DNA from: Camelus ferus
Lineage: Eukaryota
NCBI RefSeq assembly: GCF_009834535.1
Contig: NC_045697.1
Location: 116,314,001-116,378,000, forward strand
Direction: 5' to 3'
DNA: 64,000 nt
Every line of letters begins with the position of its first letter. The stretch's first letter is position 1. The notes below the pieces were generated by a model. That model did no database searches and was not told where the DNA came from. It worked only from the letters and a program-made list of their open reading frames with translations. Positions 1 through 10,591 of this stretch are shown piece by piece. The position numbers were made by a program, and so were the translations under genes.

Positions 1-400
1 GTATATGTTCTTTGATGAGATGTCTGTTCATAACGTTTGCCTGTTTTATTTATTTATTTGGGTTTTTTTTTTTGGTTGTTGTTTTCTTGTTGTTGGGTTT
101 TAACAGTTCTGTATAAATTTTAGATACAAGTCCTTTATCAGATCAGTGTGTTGCAAATATTTTCTCCTGGTTTGCCCTTGTCTCTTTGTTTTCTTAGCAT
201 TGTCTTTCCTAGAACAGAAGTTTTCGTTTAAATGGAGCACAACTCATCAATTCTTTTTTGTTTTATGGATCATGCTTTTGTTGCTATATCTTAGGATTCA
301 TCACTAAACCCAAGGTCATCTAGATTTTCTCTTTGTCTTCTTCTGAAAGTTTTACCATTTTGTGTTTTCATTTAGATCTGTGATCCATTTCAGTGTGACT
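1..400 (-). mobile_element. Old L1M fragment (ORF2 3' region)
   Basis: Antisense L1 motifs: gagatgtctgttca, ttagatacaagtcctttatcaga, ttgcaaatattttctcc. Confidence 0.8.
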
Positions 401-429
401 TGTGTGTCTCTTAAACTTTTCATTTCCAC

Positions 430-514
430 CAGCCAGTGGATTTCCTCTTTGCCTTAAGCCAGTTTGGGTTGGCTTTTCTGTCACTTGTAGCTGTGAAAGA
501 ATCTTAATTGATAC
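430..514 (+). mobile_element. MLT1 (ERVL-MaLR) LTR 3' end fragment
   Basis: cttaagccagtttgggttggcttttctgtcacttgtagc...taattgatac is the typical MLT1 terminus. Confidence 0.65.
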
Positions 515-849
515 GTAATTTATATCAGTGTGTACTCAGATTCATGTATTTGCATAGCTCAAATTCTTGTCACCTTTGATAAGTTTAAGGTTTTTCAATA
601 TATTGGTACATAATAACTTTACATTCTCCTGTATTTTATATTTAATTTCCAAATTTTCTGTGTTATAATAAAGCTACAGGAATACTTTTACATAAATTAT
701 TTTTCCTTTTCTATTATTGTTTTGTGGTATATTTACAAACAGCGGAATTAGCTGTATCTGTGAAAGATACAGACTCTTATTGAGGCCATGAACTTTAGGG
801 AGCTGTATAAAATACTATGAACAATGTAAAGCCTGCAAATATTTTTTTA

Positions 850-1500
850 AATTACTTTGGTTTATTTTCAATAATTGGAGAGGTATATATCAATGTTTTC
901 TGGATGTGCCTTTTAAAATTTTTGTTATGAATATTTTTACGCACACCCCACTTGTCACTCATATTCAACAATTTGTCAAAAATGTTCCACATTTGATCAC
1001 CTATCATTTTTTTCTTTTTCATGTGCTGAGATATTTTAAAGTGAATTCCAGATATCACATTACCTCATTCTTACACATCTCACTGTGTGTATGTCTTGTG
1101 GAGCCACATGGCCATTATCACACCTAACAAAACTAACAGTTATCCTTTGACATCGTGCAATGACTAGTCCACGGTAATACTTCCCTAGTTTCCTCTAACA
1201 TGCATTTTTACAGTTGATTGTGAGACTACGGGTCACACTAGTTGCGCACGTTGCATTCGGTTGTGTTGTGTCTCTTGGTGTCTTGTGAGCTGGTGCAGTC
1301 TTCTTTCCGTCTTGCCATTGGCTTGTTGCAGGAATGAGGCTGGTTATCCAGTAGAAACACCCAATGATTTGGATTTCTCTGCTGCTTTCTTGTCTTTTCA
1401 TTTCACTTGCACCTTTCTCCTCTGTATTTTCTGTAAACTGTGTTTAGCTCTTGAGGCTTGATTACAGTCAGGTTCACCTCTTTAGGGAAGCTTGCGTCTG
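850..1500 (-). mobile_element. Old L1M 3'UTR fragment
   Basis: Diverged similarity to antisense L1MB/MC/ME 3'UTR (cacgttgcattcggttgtgttgtgtctct). Confidence 0.5.
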
Positions 1501-1938
1501 GGATGCTTCCGTGGTCAACACACAACACGCTGAGTTTTACTCAGATCAGGCATTACAATTTCAATTCCTCTAAAGCCATTTACTCGGGACCTTTTTAAAA
1601 TATTGGGACTTAAATCTTTTCCTCCAGATTTGGAACTGATTTCAACGGACAGCCCATGTTCTCATAAAAATACTGGGATAAGTGGTTACGTTACCCTGGT
1701 GAGGCATACAAAAAGTTGATTTGATGCATACTTTACATCAAATATTGTATAGTTGCAATAAAAATGTAGAAAATATTCACTATTAATAATTAATGTAAAA
1801 GCAAGAAAATACCATGAGAAATTATTTTTTAAAATTATCTTGAATGCTGATATGTAAAGGAGAAACTAACCAGATTATCGGAGGTTGAGAAATTTTGCAG
1901 CAACTTTGAGTATGATTTCAGGGTTTTATAGGGTTTTA

Positions 1939-2223
1939 CAAACTATGATTACCAAAGGGGAAAGGAGGGGAGGAATAAATTAGGAGTTTGGGATTAGCAG
2001 GTACACATTACTCTGTATAAAATAGATAAACAGCCAGGACCTACCTAGAGCACAGGGAACTGTATTCAGTTTCTTGTAATAAGTTATAATGGAAAAGAAT
2101 CTGAAAAAATATCTATGTATGTATCTGTATAATTGAATCACTTTGCTGTGCACCTTAAATTAACATCGTAAATCAACTATAGTTCAATAAAATAAAATTT
2201 TAAAAAAATAAATAAAATTTAAA
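1939..2223 (+). mobile_element. Cetartiodactyl-type L1 3' end, 5'-truncated, sense orientation
   Basis: ggagtttgggattagcag...gcacagggaac...aaatcaactatagttcaataaaa plus A-rich tail. TSD agggttttatagggtttta (1920-1938) / agagttgtgtagggtttta (2224-2242). Confidence 0.9.
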
Positions 2224-2734
2224 AAGAGTTGTGTAGGGTTTTAACGTCTAATTAAAGTTTAAAATCAAATTTTCCTTTTTTTGCTGTAAGTGTAATGCCA
2301 CTATACCACATCATCAATAGCTGTAATTGCTCTAATTTCAATTTCTCTAATTTCTAGCGAAACTCCATTACTCCGTAAATGATTCACAGTGTATATTTCT
2401 TTAGCATACTGTGACTACCTCATTTGACCACTCAAGTTTTATTTTTCTGTCAAATTTTAATATTTTTCCTTTTAAAATGTATTTTAGAAAAAAAATTTGT
2501 TCTAAATTTTTATTGTATCGATTTGAAATCCAATTTAACAACTAGAAATCGAATCCCTAAGATCACTAAAGACTTGGGCACAAGCTTTGGAGGGCACAAA
2601 AATGGACGTGAATAAGGGGTTTCCTGTTCTCTCAAACCGCATTATTCTGGTTAGAATGGGACAGGTTATCCTGTTACCTGCTTAATCTATATATTCATCA
2701 CAGCTGTCCCCAGAGTGAAAGGAAACACAAGTCC

Positions 2735-3630
2735 TTTTTTTTTTTTTTTTCTCTCCTGCAAAAAGCTTTATTGTTTCCATTTGGCCCAAGGCTGGAGAAA
2801 AGGCTCCAGGATGGTTAAAAAGCTGCCTGGTGGCGGCAGAGAGAGGCTTCAGGCAGAAACCCTGACACCAGCGGGCCCCCCCAAGGCTGCTGGCTTCCAG
2901 AGCCCCTGAGTCGTGCTTGGGGTTGAGCCTTCGGGAGGGACACCAGCCCAGCCCCCGGGGACCAGCCCACCTGCACAGGAGGGTCAGGTGGTCCACCGCC
3001 CGTCTTCTGGATGAGTCTCACCTGCGCCTCCAGGAGGTGCATCTCCAGGACGTCACGGAGGAGGGGTCTGCAGGCAGAACCCAGGGCAGGCAGACCCGAA
3101 AGGGCCTAGTTCAGGTTCTTCCCCAGGACCCCAGTGGCTTCCACAGCGTCCTGGGTTTCACCCCACTCGTCTTGGGGTGGCTTCTGCTTGTTCTGCAAGA
3201 GGGCGCGGTCACCCACTGGCTTTGCATCTTCAAGAGATGCTCTTGGCCCTCGCGCTTCTCCTTGGCTGATTCGGGGAAAGTGGCCCACACCCTCCAAAGC
3301 CACCTGGTCTGGGGGGAAATAGGAGCCCAGAGAGAGGTAGGTGGACGGGGCCTACAGGTGCAGGGTGACAGGGCAGGTGAAGGCGGCCTCCACCTGGTGG
3401 GGTAATTCTGACCAATCTGGGGGCTCACAGTTGATCCATAACAAGGAGCTAAGCTCAAAGGATGGTGTTGGCTGGTCCCGGAGGCCGAGGGTGGCAGAGT
3501 GGCTGGTTCTGAAGGTTGCAACTGGAAAAAAGGCTGGAGGGTGGTGGGAGGCTGGATAAGGGGGTCCCTGGGTCTGTTCTGTCCAGACACCATGGGAGCT
3601 GGAGACACATCCCTGGGACCACCGAGTGCA
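2735..3630 (-). pseudogene. FTL: Processed (intronless) pseudogene of ferritin light chain with 5'UTR, disrupted CDS (~3428-2907), 3'UTR and poly(A)
   Basis: Frameshifted fragments match FTL: VSPQIGQNYPT (MSSQIRQNYST; ATG>GTG at 3428), ALEGVGHF, AKEKREGQEHLLKMQ, RALLQNKQKPPQDEWGETQDAVEA..LGKNLN* (premature TAG at 3106-3108), DVLEMHLLEAQVRLIQK, RLNPKHD. AATAAA at 2767-2772 (-), A16 tail at 2735-2750. 5'UTR resembles the FTL leader up to about 3630. Confidence 0.95.
3575..3610 (-). promoter_or_regulatory. Degenerate iron-responsive element remnant in the FTL pseudogene 5'UTR
   Basis: - strand tgtctccagctcccaTGGTGTctggacagaaca aligns to the FTL IRE (tgtctcttgcttcaaCAGTGTttggacggaaca). Loop and upper stem are mutated, so probably non-functional. 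Confidence 0.8.
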
Positions 3631-5489
3631 TTGCTCAAAAATCCAATTCTGAAGACCTTGAGTCGCGTAGAGGAAGTGGGAAAGGAGGGCCATTGCCTCC
3701 TAGGACACTCCTCCAAAACATGTCCTGTGTTTTGTTTTGTTTTTTCTTACTCATTTCTTTGCTTTTCGAAGGTCATAATTAGGGCATCAGTTGCCTCCTG
3801 CATAATAGATGGATCTTAGAGTTTATTTATTTTGCAACTAATAAAGGGCTAGCAATTCTTTTTGAAAGAAGTGTCAGGGAGTCCGACTTTAAAAACCTTT
3901 TAAAAAGTTGACAAGTAACAGACACTCTGTTAAGTATATTAATCTAGTGTTGAGCTCGGTGACACTTTACAACGGGAGCACACCTGTGTGCTTACTTTTT
4001 TAGAGCAAGACCATGAATATTTTCATCATCCTGAAAAGTTCCTTTATGTGACTCCCCCCCAGGCCCCCGCGAATCAGACCCTGTTTTGATTTTCAGAATC
4101 TGTATGTTTTTGATGGAAATACTGAGGCTCTGAGAATTAAGTAAACCGCTCAAGGTCACAAAGCCCTGATCTCAAGTTCACGCCACCTTGATCGAAAGGA
4201 TGAGATCCTCCGCCTGCCCCCTGTTTGTATTATGTATTTATGTGCATTATACCCAGAGTACTGACTAAATACAAATATTAGTATTTTATCCAGCCATCAC
4301 AGATCTGCTAGAAAATCTGCACATGTAAACCAGGAATGTTGCAGAATTCCACCTCCTGAAGGAGGAATCACAATGTGGGACTTCTGTTAGAAGTATGTGA
4401 GAATTGGAAATACTCTCCAGGAAATGGGCAAAAACCAATATGATGAATGAAACTCTAAGTGGTAGGTGAAGTACATAAATGTGTGTGTGATTCTGAAAGG
4501 CTTGCTCCATTAGCCTGGGTTTCAGACCCATTGATTCATCTCGTTTCTTGCCCTGTGAAGCTGTCACACCAATAGTTATGTCTTCAATTTAATTTTAAAA
4601 ATAGAATGTGACTTCACACGGAACTGTCTGTGGTTTCCTAGCTGAAGAAAGAATCAAAGAGACCTATGGCAAATTCAGCTTAAGGCTCACGACTCTAATT
4701 CATGAAGCAAATATGTCACCGTTTAAAAACCAACTTGTGAACAAAGCTTACACATTTTGGTGGTCCTGTCATGTTTGTTGGCTGATCTGTATTTATTCTG
4801 GAGTCAGAGCATGTGATTTACCTGGATCAAAATTTATCTACAAGTAACAGCAGTTTCAAATCAATTCTACCTGAACTTTTCGGTCGTGTGAATCATCACA
4901 GCTGTGATTTGCAGGAAAAAAACATTAATTGCTGGCATCACTTTGAAAAGCATTGAAACCAAGCCCTGAGAAGAGGACCTCCAAGGACAAGCTTTGTCTC
5001 AAACTCTAGTTTTTTTGTCTTCTTTGTCTTTTTGGTTTTTTTGAACAACGTGTGCTTTTATTGGCTGAACTAAGATGGAAAGGAGAGGAATTGATTTGCC
5101 TTTCTGGGCTTTGATTTTATTCTCCAAAGTTGATACTTTGTAGGTTACATTAATATCACTTCTTTAAATCAGGGGGAAATGCTCAGGATTAGGCAAAAAA
5201 TGTTTTTGTTGAAACAGGGTTGGAAAAAAGTATTGTGTCAAAGGTTAGGTGGTGGTTCACTGTGTGCTGGGCACTGTGGCCCTGCTAGGATTTCCTGCAC
5301 GTGAAGGTCCTGCTTGGAGAAGCAAGGACTGTAAACTCAGCCGTCCAAGCTGGCTTTGCGTCTTAATCCCTCTGATTGCAGTCTCCTCGTCTGTAATTTG
5401 AGGATAGTAGGACCTATTTCATACTGTTTTCTATGATGATTTAATGAAATTAAGGCACCTGCATATAAATACAAATTCAATAACTTTTT

Positions 5490-5686
5490 AATTAATTCTT
5501 ATTTTTATTGACGTGTAGTTGATTTACAATGTTAGTTTCAGGTATACAGCAAAGCAATTCAGTTATACAGATACATACATTATATATATATATATTTTTT
5601 TTCAGATTCTTTTCCATTACAGCTCATTATAAGAAATTGAATATAGTTCCCTGTGGTATATATGCAGTAGGTCCTTGTTTATCTAT
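5490..5686 (-). mobile_element. L1 3' end, 5'-truncated
   Basis: tttattgacgtgtagttgatttacaatgttag... with exact TSD ttcaataacttttt (5476-5489 / 5687-5700). Confidence 0.9.
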
Positions 5687-5909
5687 TTCAATAACTTTTT
5701 TGAAGGTTTTGTTTTTAAGAATTTATACTATTTATTTTCTTGAACAGTTGATTTTCTGGAGGAGGGATTTTCTCGGGGAGGACACGAAATCATCTTAGAA
5801 TCCTATTTTTCTCATAAGAAACCAGCCAAGTACACATTATCTCCTAAAATCTGAAGCCAGAAGCAGGTTTTTTAATGGGTGCAGAGAAAAATGATCCAAG
5901 ATTTTCTAA

Positions 5910-6055
5910 GCCGGTGGGTTTTAAACTTTAATGTGCATGTGGATCACCTGGGGAGCCTTGTAAAATGCAGATTTGTACTCCCAAGGTCTGGGCGGGCCCG
6001 AGAGTCTGCATTTCTACCAAGCCCTCTGGTGACCCCATGATGCTGGCTCAGGGGC
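5910..6055. mobile_element. MER5A-like hAT-Charlie DNA transposon
   Basis: ggatcacctggggagccttgtaaaatgcagatt...gagtctgcatttctaccaagc...tgatgctgg. Confidence 0.8.
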
Positions 6056-7560
6056 TCCAAGAATCTGAATTCTTTCTGGTTAAGAATGTCTGGCACGTGG
6101 TCAGCACCGTACACGCGTTAACCACTCCCAGCTGACATAGATCGCCAGCAGTATAAACCAGCAGACTGCCAGCTACTGGGTCCAGAACGTTCTTTGTGAT
6201 GCTAACTAAAGCCCCCACAAAATATTTTTCTTAACTTGCTAACTACTGGCCTTTTGGGTTTTCCTATAAACCTGATCTAAATAATACTAAAGAAAACAAG
6301 TTCCCTTAACACGATGTTTTGGCTGGATGGCAGATTTTGGAATACGTGAACTCACGTGATGTTGGCTGAGGAAACCGACACGTGGTCCTGTCAGGAAGAA
6401 CAGAGAGGTCTCCTTAAGTGTGAAGTCTTCCAGAGGCGCCCCCTTTGTTTACTTGAGTCTGCTTCCCTCCTGTCTCCTCGCTCCTCTGCAGGAGGAGCGG
6501 CAGCTTTCCCCAGTGCTGCTGGGTGTGGTCCCGAGGGATACAGGGAAGCGTGCCTCCCTTGCTAACTCCAGGTGCCAGCAATTATCTCAGGAAAGGCGGA
6601 CCCTTTCCCAGCACCTAGTAAAAGGCCCCTTTGACCACAGGTATCACCTTTAAGAGAGAGACACTCCAGGGAAGAGTCTGAGATTATCCACGCCTTTAAG
6701 AATCACAGCACTGAACGAGACATCCAAACACTTGTTTGGTCAGATCGTTTATTTGGGGCAGCACTTTCTACAACAAAGGAGATCCCCTCTGGGAACGACA
6801 GAATTGCGGGAGAGGCAGTTGTTTGAGGGATGTGATGGTCGCTCCTGTTGTGTGTCCGGGGCTGAACTAGACAGGCTTCGCAAGGACTTAGAACAGCCTA
6901 AGGGAAGCTTCCGGTGGAGGAATGGCGACCCCTGGTTTATTCCAAGCCTCATTCCTGTTAGTCAAGTGACCCCCACCCCCTGAGATTGGAGGTGGGAGAC
7001 GTGAGGGCAGAGCCAGGAACCCCGAGTGGCTGGAATGAGGGCAGCATCTCTCAGGTTTACTAAACAATGATCCAAACTCTCCAGCGCACCGCTGGGGGAG
7101 AGGAGTGGCTACTGAGGAAAAGGGAGACACGGTGTGCCTTGAGAAGGGAGCCAAGTCCACCTTCTGGGCTCCTGGTGACGTTCTACTGCTGGCAGTACTG
7201 AGATCTCCCCAAAGGGGACTCTGAACTAACCACACTCCCAAATCTAGGGCACTGAATCTCGAAATGTAGTGTGCGTAAGAATCACTTAAGGAGACATTTA
7301 AGAATGCAGAATGGGCCAAATTCTTAGCTAGTTTTCCAGGGGCCTTGGAACCTGCACTTGAAAAAGCAGACTGTGACAACAGTTACACGTGACACGTGGG
7401 AAACACTGCAGACCCCAGGCAGCAGGGGCTTCCCTCATTCTACCCCCAGGAGCTCACATGTCCTCCAAGTCTGGAAGGTCCAACTTGCCTCTAGTCAGAA
7501 GAGCGGAAGTCTCAGCTCACAACCTTTGGTTTTTAAATGTAATTTAAAGGCTCATTATTT

Positions 7561-8249
7561 TTTTCCTAATTTTTATTTTTTAATTGAAGTATAGTTGATT
7601 TACAATGTTTCAGTTATACAGCAAAGTTGATTCAATTATACATACATATATATATATACATATAAATATGTATTCACTTTCAGACTCTTTTCCATTATAG
7701 GTTATTACAAAGTATTTAATACAGTTCCCTGTGCTATGCAGTAGGTCCTTGTTTATCTATTTTATATATAGTAGTTTGTATCTGTTAATCCCAAACTCCT
7801 AATTTATCCTTCACCCCCTTTCCCTTTTGGTAACTAAGCTTGTATTCTGCCTGTGAGTCTATTTCTGTTTTGTAAATAAGTTCCTTTGTATCATTTTTTT
7901 CTTAGATTCCACACATAAGTGATAGCATGTCTTTCTCTTTCTGAGTTACTTCACTGAGTATGATAGTCTCTAAACTGATTTCATCCATGTTGCTGCAAAT
8001 GGCATTATTTCATTTTTATGGGTGAGTAATATTCCATTTTATATATTTGCCACATCTTCTTTATCCAGTCATCTGTTGATTGGCATTTAGCTTCCTTCCT
8101 TGTTTTGGCTATTGTAAGTAGTGCAGCTGTGAACATTGGGGCACATATATCTTCTCAAATTAGACGGTTTTTTTCTGGGTATAACCTCTGTACTGTTCCT
8201 CATAGGGGCTGCTCCAAATTACATTCCCACCAACAGTGTGGGAGGGCTC
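7561..8249 (-). mobile_element. L1 3' end (~690 bp)
   Basis: L1 3'UTR and ORF2 end antisense. TSD taaaggctcattattt (7545-7560) / taaaggctcataattc (from 8250). Confidence 0.9.
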
Positions 8250-8926
8250 TAAAGGCTCATAATTCTTTAAAAAGACCGGATCATTTGTATAATTCATATT
8301 AGTGTGTTATATCATTATGTAAATGCTTAATATAAACCAGAATATCTCTTTTAGCCCAGTGGATTATGGCACTGATGACAGGATAATTAGGAATCTAGGT
8401 AGTCAAAACTTAGGCAAACAAAACTATCTGAAGTTAAGCCGAGATTATGGATTACATGCTGATGACAATCGGGTTGGATAGATCCTTTGTTCCAAGCAAG
8501 GAAATAATACCTCCCACATCTCTTTCTTCTACAGATTTCCAGACTCTTTCAAACTTTTATTCACCAGCTAAGTAGCTATCACACCCCCGTTTCACAAAAT
8601 AGAAGCAGAACAAAGTAGGCGTGTTAGTCACGTGGGCTCAGTGAAGGGCACATGCCTATGGTTCTACAACCCTAGGAACTGACGTGGGAGATGTCATTCA
8701 TTTCCTCTTCTGGGGATTGTTAGCCACTTAACACACAGGCTCCACCTCGGAACCACACTCACATCCCATCACCGCCCCTTGGGGGTGAGCCTGTGTCCAG
8801 GTGCACACACGGTCACACACACCCCCCTTACTGGAGAAAGGACCTGAGGGGTGTCAGCTCCTATTGTCTGCAGGGATTAAAAAAAAAAAAAAAAAAAAAA
8901 GCACTTCCAGATCACAGGGATTTCAG

Positions 8927-9280
8927 TTTTTGGTTGGGTTTTTTTGTTGTCGTTACTGAGCTGTATGGGCTGTTTATATATTCTGGAAGTTAAGCCCTCG
9001 TCAGCTGCATCGTTTGCAAATATTTTCTCCCATTCCATAGGTTGTCTTTTGCTTTGCTGAGAGTTTCCTTTGCTGTGCAGAAGCTTGTAAGTTTAATTAG
9101 GTCCCATTTGTTTGTTTATTTATTTAAATTTTTTTAATCTATTTTTATATATAGTGATTAACATTTGCAAATCTCAAACTCCCAAATGTATCCCTTCCCA
9201 CCGCCTTTCCCCGGTAACCATAAGATTGTTTACTATGTCTGCGAGTCTGTTTTATTTGTTTATTTTTGCTTTTATTTCAA
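8927..9280 (-). mobile_element. L1 ORF2 fragment with a nested short L1 3'UTR piece (~9121-9252)
   Basis: tttgcaaatattttctcccattccataggttg...aggtcccatttgttt, interrupted by aaatctcaaactccc...gtctgcgagtctg, then resumes tttatttttgcttttatttc. Confidence 0.75.
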
Positions 9281-9729
9281 GAATTTTTTTTCTTTCTTTT
9301 TTTAAAAAATTTTTTCCATCCCAAAGTATTACGTTCCCTTGAAATGTCGCCTCCCGCCCCGCCCCCTCAAAACAATAGTTTCTCACTGACCTTGGCAGAA
9401 AAGACTGAAACGAGAGTTTGCAGTTAACCCCCGACTCTGTTGGAGGGGAGGCGCTGTGGGAATACCGTCTGATCGGAGGGATTTTCAGTGTGAGGACCAT
9501 AAAGCAGGAAGATATCTACGTTAGTCTGTATATTGGTCAGGAACCCCTTTAGTCACTGTTAAATAAGCAGTTCCTGCCGGTCCCCACCCAGAGCACCCAG
9601 GTGGGAGCCGCAGCCTGGAGGGGCGGCTGGTCCACCATCCTGGCGGGAGATTGAGATCCTCTGTCTTTGTCACATGGGGTGCGAGCATGTTCATACGGCT
9701 TTCTTCAGCTGGGAGTCACTGTCACTTCT

Positions 9730-10020
9730 TTTTTTAAAAATTAATTTTAATTTTTATTTATTTTATTTTTCTTAATTGAAGAATTTTACAATGTTGTGTT
9801 AATTTCTGGTGCACAGCATAGTGATTCAGTTATACACATACATTCCTTTTATTATTCTTTTTCATTATAGGCTATTACAAGATATTGAATACATTTCCCT
9901 GTGCTGTACAGTAGGACCTTGTTGTGTATCTATTTTACGTATAGTAGTGTGTGTGTCTGCTAATCCCAAACTCCTGATTTGTCCCTCCCGCCCCCTTTCC
10001 CCTTTGGTGACATTATCCGT
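9730..10020 (-). mobile_element. L1 3' end
   Basis: aattgaag...tttacaatgttgtgttaatttctggtg...cagtaggaccttgttg...ctaatcccaaactcc. Confidence 0.85.
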
Positions 10021-10299
10021 TTGTTTTAATGGCCTTGAAGAAAGCCTTTGGAATACTGGGATATTCATACACAATATCTAGCCTTTATTTTAAGTCAGAC
10101 TGTCTCAAACTTTATCTCCAAATTTGGGTGGGAGGTTTTCAGCCACATTTGTATGATGATATAACAAACATAGACAAACACGGTGCATGGAAACATTTGG
10201 GTCACTGCTGGGCGGGTGACGTTCACTGGCCTCTTGGTCTCTCCCTGACCTGGGGCTGCTATTTCTCTGGACTAAAAACCACTTGAATTGGACCATCTA

Positions 10300-10591
10300 T
10301 TTTTTTTTTATTATTACTGAAGTATAGTTGATTTACAATGTTGTGTTAGTGTCTGGTATACAGCATAGTGAATCTTACATACATATATATTCTTTTTCAT
10401 ATTCTTTTTCATTATAGGCTATCACAAGGTATTGAATATAGTTCTCTGTGCTACACAGTAGGACCTTGTTGTGCATCTGTTTTATATATACTAGTTAGTA
10501 TGTCTGCTAATCCTGAGCTCTCAGTTTACCCCCACCCCCACCCCATTTCCCGCCTTGTAACCATAACTTTGTTTTCTATGTCTGTGAGTCT
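10300..10591 (-). mobile_element. L1 3' end
   Basis: gaagtatagttgatttacaatgttgtgttag...ttctatgtctgtgagtctg. Confidence 0.85.

Noticed and set aside
2682..3819. Dense overlapping ORFs (up to 201 aa) as a novel gene
   Set aside because: Explained by the GC-rich, frameshifted FTL retrocopy read in several frames.
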